From NCBI GenBank assembly GCA_012862495.1, contig BLSG01000411.1:124001-173181 (forward strand): a stretch of 49,181 bases of DNA. The letters are read 5' to 3'. Origin of the DNA: Thraustochytrium aureum (taxonomy: Eukaryota). The position numbers and the translations under genes are program-made. Shown here piece by piece: positions 8,441 through 18,734 of the stretch. Below the pieces are notes generated by a model. That model saw nothing but the letters and a program-made list of their open reading frames with translations. It ran no database searches and had not been told where the DNA came from. The first letter of the stretch is position 1; every line of letters starts with the position of its first letter.

Positions 8441-11400
8441 CTACATACGCGGCGCCAAGCCGCCGAACTGCTTGATCATCTCGCGCAGCTCTGGGTTGGC
8501 CCGGCGCGAGAGGAATTTCGCAGGGATTAGGAAGAAGAAGACCTGCATATCCTCCACCCGATCGCTCATGCGCCGAAACTCTCGTATCGAAAGAAAACCA
8601 GCAGCCACAATGCCGAGGCAGAAAAGAGCAGCTTCCAGGTAAAGCAAGGGCAAGCTTGCCATCTGCGAGACCTGCATAGCCTCAATGTGTATTTCTGCTG
8701 CGCGCTCCAGCGAGTCTGAAAGAGCTTGCGCTGCGCTGATCCTGTCGGTTAGCCGGCTTGAAAGTGTCCCATTTGCCAAAGGCTCATTGAAGATATGCTC
8801 TGATTCACTTGCATTTGCGGCCTGCCAGGTCTGTCGCAGGGCGATGCGCTCTCGTACTCTGTCGTGCGCGGTGAGAAGCGCCACATGCAGTCCGCGGCTT
8901 AGGAGGCTCGAAATCTCCAAGTGCTGCGCCGCTTGGCACTTGCTAGTACAGCCATTGTCGAAAAAGTGCACGTTGTGCGCTTTCCACGCACCAATTGAAG
9001 CTTTCCCCGCAGGTCGAAGATACTTGCTCTCGCCGAGCGCCCTTCGAGCAAGTTGTGCCTCCTCAAGAAAATTTTGCGCTTCAAGCAACCGGTCCGTCAA
9101 TCGCCCCGCGCGTATCGGCCACTCATCGGCATTGTCCGGCGGCCAGGATTTCGACATGTAGTCTGCGTTGCTCGTGTAGGCCCACAGGCGGCCGGAGCTG
9201 GAAAGGACGTCGGCAAAAGCGTCGCAAGTAGCTACATACCTCGACTCCAGCCCTATCGACGCAAACAGAATCGCTTGCGTGACTGCCATCGGAGCGCAAA
9301 GCACGCACACAATGTAGGCGATGCGCGAAGCCGTTCGGACACCTCGATGCAAATGGCTCCGAGGAAAGGCGGGCGAGCTCAAGCAGATTCGCAAACGCTG
9401 GTGCTTTCACGCGACGTCTCTGCGGGCGACGGCTCCTCTCGGCGCCCGCAAAGGCACTTTCTGTGCTCAGGTGCACAGAGCTTTCTCCCCTCGACTTTCT
9501 TCGACTAGAGCGCGAAGAGACCTTTGGATCGTCGTGGTTGGAGCGAGAAGCTTGAACGATTCGCTCAGTCTTCGTCCGGTGAGTAAAGCTCTCTTCGAGC
9601 GAAAAGGCGTGACTTGAAACTCGAGGCGTCTGGTCGCTCTGCGCGCGATTCCTAAAACTGGTCGCGCTTGCTTTGACCTCCTTGGCTTTCTCTTGGGGTG
9701 TAGGTGAAGGTAGATCGTCGTTTGTCGACTTGGTTGGATCAGCTGCTGCTTCTGGACTTTGAACACCGTCAAAGATCGCGTTCATCGACCCGTCCACTGC
9801 TTCGCTCTCATCATGCTCAGCTATACCGTCCTCGTCGAAGAGCGACGCGCCAAAGTTGTGCGAAAGTTTTGACCCTTCGGTCTCCCCGTCCGAGCCATGG
9901 CCGTGTCCTGTGCTGGCAATGCTACTGTCGTGAGTCACGTTTGCTCCCTCGCGCAGAACGGCTTTGGCCGCCTGAAGGCGTCTGTAGGCTTCGCCGCTCA
10001 GGGCGAGTGCCGTCTTCTTGGAGATACCAACGAACGAGCGCGTTGTTGCTTCTTGCTGCTCCCACGTCCGCCAGGCCAGCGGTGCGACGACGAGGTGGCA
10101 ATAGAGGATGTACAACACCAGGAAAGGCAGAATTGAAATCTCCGTGCGCTCCATGGCAGCGTCGAGAGGCGCCGTTGCGGCAAGTTGGAACTGATGGCTC
10201 GCTCTGACGAGCCGTTCAAAAAGTGCCCCCCCGCATTTGCAGCAACTGCTTGTGAGAATCCATCGCAATGTGCAGCAGCCCCGAGAGCGTGGTCAGCGAA
10301 GGCGAAGAGCCCTTCGTGAAGGCTCTTGTTCTTGACACCTTGGCCCGGAAAGTAAAGCAAAAGGTCTGGGGTTGTCTCCACGGCTCGAAGGCCCTCAAAG
10401 TCGGAAAGCGCAACGTGCTCCGACACGGCAAGGTGGAGCTGTTTCAGCTCATTTAGGGTCGTTCGTAGCGCGGCTCTGAGACCCTCAGCTTCGACTGGGT
10501 CTGCCGAGCACTGGAGCACGCCGTTCCCGTCGCAGCAGAGCGCGGCAACAGCTCCTGCAGCGTTCGCCATCAAGCTCGCCCGCCGGAACGAGCCAAATAC
10601 CCAGCCCGCATCCTCGCTCTTCCACAAGTGGTTCTGGCGGAGCAGGCTTTGCGAGAGGACGAAAGCCAAGCAGACCACCCCAGTCATTGCCGTTCCCCGC
10701 ATGAACTGTTTGGACCGTTTTGAGGCGCTGAGCGCACTGCTCTGCGCCCACCTCACCCCCCCCCTCCTTTTCCAGGACCCACTCAGCGCGGAGAACTCGG
10801 TGGCTATCGATTCGTTGTCAGGCGAAGACTTGAGACGGGAAAGGATTTGGCTCTTGCGTGATGCGATGGATGTCTTTGATTCGAGGCCCTCCTGCCCTCC
10901 CAGCGACGGGAGGTCTTCCGAGACGAGGCCGACTGGGAGGGCGCGGGTGAGGTGGGGTTGTGACTATGCGAGCACCCGAACGATTGCAAAGCCTCCCCTC
11001 CCGCCAGACTTTTGCTGCTGTTCGAGTCCAGCCGGGCAGCGTTGAGGTTAAAGGCGACGAGCGTCAGGTCGGCCTTTGACTTACTGCCACGGACATCCAC
11101 GACGTACGAGGTGGGGGTCGCGTAGCACGTCCAGTCCACGCCTCGAGTAGTGACTGTACACGGGCTTGCGCGGCGGCTCCCCACGATCTCCGCCGCGACT
11201 TCGTCTCCGAAGAAGGATTGGAGCATGCGCTGCATCTCTGTCGTGTCTGGGCCGACGGGGAGCCCGAAAACATCTTGCCAGGCCTTTTGGGTCCCGAAGA
11301 GAATTGCCCCATCCGAGTCGAGCATGACGAACTCCTGACCAGGCGTGGAACAGTCCTCAAACACCCCGGTGAAGACTAGCTCCCCCTCGTTGCTGTACAT

Positions 11401-13440
11401 CGGGGCCACGGACAGGTCAAGAGGAAATGCGTACCCGTTTGCATGGAGCCCCCAAACCCGGCGGGTCACAGGCTTAAACTCGGAGTGGGTCTCGAGGTAT
11501 CGATTCAGAAAGTGGTCGTGCATTGAATCGAAGGGGGGAGGGCAAAGCATGCTGGCGTTTTGCCCCACCACCTCGTCGCGCGAGTAGCCAAACAAAGAAC
11601 AAAGCCCAGCGGTGCTATCAACGATGGTGCCAAGGCTGTCCTTTTTGGTGCTGATTGTCGCCACCGCCTGCGTCAAAAATGTGCTTCCGCCGTAAAACGG
11701 AATGGCCCCAGACTTGCTCTTACGGTGCTGGGAAAGATCGACCTCGTCCTTTACCTTGGCTAGCTCGAGAAGAGTTTGCGCAGCTTCTCTGTTGTTCAAG
11801 ACCAGGTGGAGGAACTGCGCGTAGAGCCGGAGCACCCAGGCGCTTCCGTTGGTGAGTCGCATCAACTCTTCGAGATGCGAGCACGCTCGATTGGAGATGC
11901 GCTGTAGCTTCGCGCTGTGGCTCACGAGCACTTGATTCGTGACGGAATCCGATCCAAAGCGCGTCCAAGCTTTGACGATAAGCTTAAGGGCCTCGATGAT
12001 TCGCCGCTTTGCCTCCGTGGCGTGAAAATCGACTGCCATAAAATTGAGCGATGTTGTGGCCTTCCCCGTGCGCCGCTTTTCCTGTTCTACACGCGCCCCG
12101 AACACATAAAACATGTCCTCGATGCGGAGCCGGAGCCCTCTCGCGTTTTGGATGTACCTATCTGAGAGAAGCTGTTTCTTGCCCCAAGAATTGAGCAGAA
12201 CAGATAGGTGAAGCGCGAAAAACGCACTTGTGGGAACTAATTCCTCCGCGGCGTCACGGTACAGGTCCTGCACGTCCTCCCAGGGAACCGATCCTGGAGG
12301 ATGCGACACGCGCAGCATGAGCTCAAGGATGTGGGGCCCCACACCAGGCGGGGGTGCCTTGTGGCGAAGGGATTCGATGCGGCTGTTGAAATGGTTGATG
12401 GCCAAAACTGCTGCAACTGGGCTCCCCAAGACAAAAGCCCAAACTGCACCAAAGCGGTCGGTCGCCGTCCCTGGAGCGCTTGGGCTGGAGCGAATGATTG
12501 TTTCGATCCCGAGGCATGCAGCCGACCAAAGGAAAATCGCTCCTGACCCGAGAAGCAAGCGGTTCACCGACATCTTGTAGTGCGGCGCGAAAAAGTGGAC
12601 GAGAGAAACTTGAAGCAAACCGAACGCTCCAAGGGCGCCACTCAAAACGATCGGGCTCGACGCGCCTAAACCGGCGAAACCTACTGCCAGGGCTGCTTTT
12701 GCAAGGACGATCGTTGCAGCTGGGCGTCCGTGCGTCTTCGCCGAAAGGTTGGATGAGATTGGGTTTCTGTCCATGACGAGCAATTGGCATGTGAACGCCC
12801 ACGTCGTGATCTGAAGTACCAAAGCTCCAGCCACGGATTTCAGTCCCAAATGGAACGGCCCTCCGCACACAGCCCCAGCAGCAAGTGCCAAATTGCAATC
12901 GAAGGCTCCGAGCAGGGTGGTGATTGTGGGCAAGAAAAGGACTCCGCACGTTCGGCTGAGCAGTTTGGCAGTTGCAATAAACGCCGCGGCGTTCTCCATC
13001 TGGTGCCAGCGAAAGACGAGCAGAAGGACCATGCTGGACCAAACGATACCAGCTATCAATGCCACTGCGAATGGCGTCACGGTTGCTAGTCCCACCTCGC
13101 CACGGGCGAGAGGCCGAAGGTCCCCCAAAAAGAAGCCCAGGAGAGGCGACACGGAGCCGGTGACGAACTCGCCCCAAGGGAATCCATGCCGCGCGGAAAA
13201 GGAGAAAGCGAGGAGCTGGCCAAGCTGAACGGCCTCTACAGCGACAAACTTCCACCAGCAGTCTGCTCGCGGCACCCACGCAATGGCCGTAACGACGGCA
13301 AACAGGACGCGATGCGGTCCATGCAGGAAACCGCCGTCCTTTCGTTTCACGCCAAGGGCTCCATCGCTTGGCAGCCCGTTGCTCGATTCCCGCTCGAGCG
13401 CCGCTTCGAGGTGCGCTGTTTTCGCCAGGAGCGAAGCCAT
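8441..13440 (-). CDS. TmcB/TmcC-like multi-pass membrane PAS-domain protein, copy A, reading frame broken at three points (introns, assembly errors or pseudogene)
   Basis: Four consecutive minus-strand ORF segments are colinear with the intact paralog at 14234-18679. PAS motif LFGYSRDEVVGQNASMLCPPPFDSMHDHFLNRY. Breaks lie near 11010-10933 (possible ~77-nt intron), at the G7 run 10226-10232 and near 9400-9330. Confidence 0.7.
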
Positions 13441-14233
13441 GGTCCGCCGGCCAGGAAGGCCCGGCGCGATTGGGGTCTGACGGTTAACAAGAGAGGGACC
13501 GTCCTCCAAACGCGGTCGTCGTTCAGAAGGAATCAGCTAGCCGTTTCGCCCGTCACGCCAAACCAGGTAGGTGCGGGGGCTTGACAAAACGCCGTCGGCC
13601 TCCTGACTCGGAGGGAGCGAGGTGGTCGGTTTCGCAACAACTTCAGTCGCGCCTAATGTGGTACAGTGCTCAGGCAGACTCGGAATACCAACTGCGCCGG
13701 GTCCNNNNNNNNNNNNNNNNNNNNNNNNNNNNNNNNNNNNNNNNNNNNNNNNNNNNNNNNNNNNNNNNNNNNNNNNNNNNNNNNNNNNNNNNNNNNNNNN
13801 NNNNNNNNNNNNNNNNNNNNNNNNNNNNNNNNNNNNNNNNNNNNNNNNNNNNNNNNNNNNNNNNNNNNNNNNNNNNNNNNNNNNNNNNNNNNNNNNNNNN
13901 NNNNNNNNNNNNNNNNNNNNNNNNNNNNNNNNNNNNNNNNNNNNNNNNNNNNAGGAGGGCGCGCCGGTGCAAGACGGAAACATGTGCCACATTCATGAAA
14001 CTGCGCGGCTGAGCGGGCAGTTGGCGCTCCACATGACTGGGCCAGAGTGGAATGACGGCTACTAACATCCGCCATGATAGAGTACCGTTGGATGACCAAG
14101 TTGTTCAGGTTGCAAACTTCAGTCATCTCTGCCGCGCAGTAGACAGCACCCGATTTTCGATGCACGCGTGCGTGCACAGGACGCTACAGATCCCCATATG
14201 TAGGCGGCGGCCGGCCCCACACTGGCAAGGAGA

Positions 14234-17200
14234 ATGCGAGGCAATGTCCTGGCCAAGGGGACTGAGCAGCTCGACGCGGCGCTTGCTCACGGCGAAGCAT
14301 CGCCAACGCCACTCGACCCGCGCGGCGTGCTGCCTGATGGAGCGAGTTGGGAGAGCACAAGGAAATCCAGGGCGACGCGCTTGCGAAACGTGGTGTTTCG
14401 TGCTTTCGCGCGGGTTGGGCGCCGAATGCGACCGTTGTCGGCCAGCACGGTGTACTTCTACGATTGTATTGTTGCAGTCCAAGCTGCCTCGCTTGTGCTG
14501 AGCTCGCGAAGTGCCATCCCGTGGCCGTCGTGGTTTGTCGACTCGGTGTCGCGGGCGCTAGACTGGGCGACTTTGTACCCAATCGTCGCCGCCGGAGCAG
14601 ATGGAGAGGGCACAGCACTATTCGTAGTGGCGATTGTCCTGTCTTCGTGCTACTGCAGCCTTTTTTGGCTGCAGCTCGCTGGCGCGGTGCCGACCTGGGT
14701 GATGCAGAGCGACATGGCAGCGGTTTTGCTGGAAGCGATGCCATCGACAGCGACGATCCCGCTTTTGACATGGCTGATTGCTGGTGTGCAGCGAGGACAT
14801 GCAGGGTGTCTGGGCGGGGACACCTCGGAGCCCACCTGCAATGCGGGCGGCGCTGTCGGCGGCGTTGTCGCTGCTCTGGTGCTTGGTTGGTATTTGGTAA
14901 CAAGTACGCTGTTCGTATTCCTCTGCGTTGATAGGCGGCCCATGGCAAGCAACGCGCGTGCGGCAAGCCACGGACGGGTGTACGCGCTGAGAGTTGCTGC
15001 TCTCTCGACGTTAGCTATCCTCGTGGAGGTGCGAGCGGGCGCCGTCGTTGTCGCAACCTGGGCGACGCTCTCCGGTGCCATGCTGTCTGGCGCGCAGCTC
15101 TACTTGCTACCGCAGAGGAGCACCTCGGCTGCAACGGTGTGGATGGCGACGGCGTTGCTGTACTTTTGGTCAGGGATCTGTGCACTGTTACAGACTGCAA
15201 CGGCTGGCCCGCCTGGGGACTTTGGCGCGTCCCTTTGCTTTGCTCTGCTGGTCCCCACAACATGGCACGTTGCCCAGTCGCTCGTCAGCGCACGGATTGA
15301 GTTCCTGAGAGCGATGCCGTACAAAGACGTCAAAAGCCCCATCCTTCTCGAGCTGGCGATGCGGCATCAGTTTCCCTCGCACAAAGTCGACTGGGCAGAC
15401 AAGCGAGAAATCTACCGCGAGCTGGCAGACAAGCAGATGCGCGATTCGGCGTTCTTTCTTATGCACGTGGCTTTGCTGATGCGCGATTGCGAGAGCAATG
15501 TCCTGCTCTGCTCCTACTATGTGGAACGAGCGAGGCGCGCAATGCCAAGCGCCTTGGACGACCTCTACTTTGCGTTCACAGCGACGAGAGCCTCGGTCAT
15601 GAACTCGAAGGCTCATCAAAAGGCGATGAACTTTAAGGACTTTGACCAGCACGCCATACGCGCTAGCTCTGCGATGCGGCGAGCACTCGCGCTCCAACAT
15701 GCCGCGTGGGAAGCCTTGAAACCGCAGAGCAGGCACTCTGGCGGAGAAATAATAAAGCGTGCCGACCTCGTTGCTGCTGGCCGGCACGTCGGGGCGGCGT
15801 ACAACGTGGCGTGCGGGCACTTGGAGGAGATGCTGCGAATGGGCCCTGAGGATCCCAAGGCATTGCGGATGTACTCGATGTTTCTCAAGTTTGTCCTGAA
15901 CGACAAAGACACGGCTCAGTACCTTCGCAAGGTCGCGCAACTGCGCGCCTTCGAGCAGGGTCTGCAAGAGGGACCGTCAAGAGGGGAGCTTGTGGCCCCC
16001 GCATCAGCGACGATCTCTGGAAGCGAGGGGAGCCTTGGCATCATCCTTGACGCGAGCAGCGAGCTCTGCAGGCTTTTTGGGACAAAGCGCAGCGACCTGG
16101 TGGGGCAAAATATCAGCACTCTCTGCCCGAAGCCCTTCTCCGCGATGCACAACAAATTCCTGCACCGGTACTTGGAGCAGCAGGTAAACTTCGTGACCGT
16201 GACGCGTCCGGTATGGGGCCTGCATGCCCGGGGCTACGCGATGGCGCTTATGCTCGAAGTGACGCCAAGCCTGAACGACGAGGCCCGCCTCGTCTTCAGA
16301 GGCTCGTTTCAACATCAGCACGCGGTCAGCGGTGAGTTTTTGGTCATCGACGTGGCAAAGATGCAGATCCAGTTCGCCTCGAGGGCTGCGTGGGCCGACG
16401 TGCTCCAAGCTTCTCCGCGGGCCGAAGGGGCTGGGCTAGAGGATTTCTTAAGCCCGGCGGAGCTCGCGTCGGCAGACTTCCTTGCCCTCTTGGACCATCC
16501 CGGGGTAGGTGTCATGCACGTCTGCGGCGAAACGCTCAATGTGGCCTCTTCAATGATGTCGTACACGGTTGACGTGCGGGGCTCGTTTGAGAGAATCGAG
16601 CTGGTGATGCTCGAATTCCTCCGCAGCAAGCCAAACCTGGCAGGCCACGCCGGGCTCGCAGCGCAAGGGGTCCCACGTTTGCCAGCCGCAAAATCTCCCT
16701 ACGAAACCTTGGGCAGCATCAGCTCTGCCGAGAAACACGCAATCACTGTGTGGCGTGGGGCAGATTCCCAGGCAAGCGAAGCATCTAGGGGCAGGCGCAA
16801 GTCGGTGTTCGATCACATCCACAAGGCGGTGCAGCGCCGTAAAGCGCTTTCTCAGGCAGCCCGCAGACTCATCGCTCTTGTGTTTGTGGCCGCGACCCTG
16901 GTCTCTGTCGCAGTATATGTCGAGTTTTATCTGTCGCGCGCGGAGTTCGAAGGCCTCGCAAGAACAGCCGCCTTGTCTAACGAGCGGGCCATGCACGTCG
17001 TTGATGTTAGCAGAGCTGCGCTGCTGGGAGGGGACGAGGATTTGCTGAATGGGCGGATGGAAGCCATGCGCGCAGCCAACTTGCTTATTGCAAAGTGGAG
17101 CGGGCACGAGGACGAGGGGCTCGCTGGAAGCCTATTCAACAGCTCTGCCGGCATTTCAGTCAACATCCGTGGAGGCAACACAAGCTATTGGCTTGCCGTG

Positions 17201-18679
17201 AACGCGTTTATGGGGTTTGCACGCGGTGTTTCAGAACCAACGAATGGCTCTTTGCCAGCATGTGGGGAGACATGTGCGTCCTTTATCCAAAGCGGACTGT
17301 TTGAGCTGCTCGACGCGTCTGTAGCCGAGAGCTCAGTTGTGACGAATTGGGCCGTTTCCTCGCTTCAGGGCGGATTGTGGGCGAGCGCGGTGGTCGGGTG
17401 TCTAAGCGCGGCCACCGTTCTGGTCCTCTTTGTTCTACCCTTGGCGCGCAGCATCGCGGTGGACCACGAGCACTGGGTTGACGCTTTTGGGAACGGCACC
17501 ATGCGTAGGGGCTTGGTTTCCTCCATCTGCGAGTCAATCCGGCGCAAGCGCCGCGAAATGCAGGCCTTGCTCGCTGAAGAAGAGGGTGCATTTGAATTCG
17601 ATGGCGAGGAGCAGGACTTTGACTCGCTCACCAAGTCCAAGGACCCCGCCTTTTTGGCCATCGTTGCCATGGCCGATGCACCACAAGGCAAGGCGCGAGA
17701 GTCCCGCGTTGGGATCGCGCTCCCAAGCGCTGCGAAAGGCGAACCGAGGCGCCCGGATTGGAAACGTCGAGCAAAGCGAGCAAAAGTCTCCCCAGATCGC
17801 CGCTCCACGCCGTCTGCGGCTGTCGCCAGCTCGAGCGGGATGGTGATGGCGGGCTTTCTTGCGATCCTGCTCTGTCTGCCCCTGCTTGTAGCCGTGGGTC
17901 ACCACTCCGTGATGTCTCTCCTCTCGGGCTCGTTTCAGCCTGCGATGGGTGCGGCTCTCGAACTCCTGCAGCAAACCGGCGAGCAATATGCCGCCCTCGC
18001 GGGGGCCCTGGCTGTCTTGGACGTGGAGCGTGCATTCAGCCACGATGTCGGGGGCGGCATTGCAGCAGCGGTGGTTGACCGCGTGGAGCAGCTCCGAGAC
18101 AATTACGCGCAACTTCGTGACGCGACGTCAAGCAGGGACGATGTAGCGGAGTTGTTGGCCTTGACGGATAGTGCGGCGTCAGCAGAGCTCGTTGCCCTGA
18201 TCTACGACAATGCATGCTTGAATGCTTGTAAAGCGAATCCGAAGGAGCACTGGAGCGCGGCGATGACGCTGGGGCTCAGAGCGGGCCTCGAAAGCCTCGA
18301 AAGGCATCTCGATAAAACCATAACTGAGCTCCGCACTGGCGGAGCCGTGGCCCAACGTGCTTTGGCCGAGCTCCGTGGCCTCACTCGCGAGGAAAAGTAT
18401 GCGCGTGCGGCCGTCCTCGCTGAACCTCTGAACCAAGTCAGGAGGGTCGAGGTCGCGCTCGCGCTCGAAGCAAGCGACAAGCTCTCGACGATGAGCAAGC
18501 TAGTCTTGGCCTCGTTTATCTTTTTGTACGCGGCGAGCTCTTGCTTGGGAGTTTGGATTTTGCGCCGCCTCGACAGACGTGCAATGGACATCAAGTATCT
18601 GTTGCTGATGATCCCTTCCCCCCTTTTGGCAAGCGACGAGCAGGTCAGGCGTCTTTTCCTCTCTTTGGATAATCGATGA
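14234..18679 (+). CDS. TmcB/TmcC-like multi-pass membrane PAS-domain protein, copy B (1481 aa)
   Basis: Many N-terminal hydrophobic segments, a helical TPR-like region (DPKALRMYSMFLKFVLND), a PAS domain (LFGTKRSDLVGQNISTLCPKPFSAMHNKFLHRY..WGLHARGY), four further hydrophobic segments and C-terminal LLLMIP. Confidence 0.82.
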   Translation: MRGNVLAKGTEQLDAALAHGEASPTPLDPRGVLPDGASWESTRKSRATRLRNVVFRAFARVGRRMRPLSASTVYFYDCIVAVQAASLVLSSRSAIPWPSWFVDSVSRALDWATLYPIVAAGADGEGTALFVVAIVLSSCYCSLFWLQLAGAVPTWVMQSDMAAVLLEAMPSTATIPLLTWLIAGVQRGHAGCLGGDTSEPTCNAGGAVGGVVAALVLGWYLVTSTLFVFLCVDRRPMASNARAASHGRVYALRVAALSTLAILVEVRAGAVVVATWATLSGAMLSGAQLYLLPQRSTSAATVWMATALLYFWSGICALLQTATAGPPGDFGASLCFALLVPTTWHVAQSLVSARIEFLRAMPYKDVKSPILLELAMRHQFPSHKVDWADKREIYRELADKQMRDSAFFLMHVALLMRDCESNVLLCSYYVERARRAMPSALDDLYFAFTATRASVMNSKAHQKAMNFKDFDQHAIRASSAMRRALALQHAAWEALKPQSRHSGGEIIKRADLVAAGRHVGAAYNVACGHLEEMLRMGPEDPKALRMYSMFLKFVLNDKDTAQYLRKVAQLRAFEQGLQEGPSRGELVAPASATISGSEGSLGIILDASSELCRLFGTKRSDLVGQNISTLCPKPFSAMHNKFLHRYLEQQVNFVTVTRPVWGLHARGYAMALMLEVTPSLNDEARLVFRGSFQHQHAVSGEFLVIDVAKMQIQFASRAAWADVLQASPRAEGAGLEDFLSPAELASADFLALLDHPGVGVMHVCGETLNVASSMMSYTVDVRGSFERIELVMLEFLRSKPNLAGHAGLAAQGVPRLPAAKSPYETLGSISSAEKHAITVWRGADSQASEASRGRRKSVFDHIHKAVQRRKALSQAARRLIALVFVAATLVSVAVYVEFYLSRAEFEGLARTAALSNERAMHVVDVSRAALLGGDEDLLNGRMEAMRAANLLIAKWSGHEDEGLAGSLFNSSAGISVNIRGGNTSYWLAVNAFMGFARGVSEPTNGSLPACGETCASFIQSGLFELLDASVAESSVVTNWAVSSLQGGLWASAVVGCLSAATVLVLFVLPLARSIAVDHEHWVDAFGNGTMRRGLVSSICESIRRKRREMQALLAEEEGAFEFDGEEQDFDSLTKSKDPAFLAIVAMADAPQGKARESRVGIALPSAAKGEPRRPDWKRRAKRAKVSPDRRSTPSAAVASSSGMVMAGFLAILLCLPLLVAVGHHSVMSLLSGSFQPAMGAALELLQQTGEQYAALAGALAVLDVERAFSHDVGGGIAAAVVDRVEQLRDNYAQLRDATSSRDDVAELLALTDSAASAELVALIYDNACLNACKANPKEHWSAAMTLGLRAGLESLERHLDKTITELRTGGAVAQRALAELRGLTREEKYARAAVLAEPLNQVRRVEVALALEASDKLSTMSKLVLASFIFLYAASSCLGVWILRRLDRRAMDIKYLLLMIPSPLLASDEQVRRLFLSLDNR

Positions 18680-18734
18680 GCGATGAGCGATGACGACGGT
18701 GCTTTAAAATTAAAAGAAGAGAAGGTGGCCTAGC

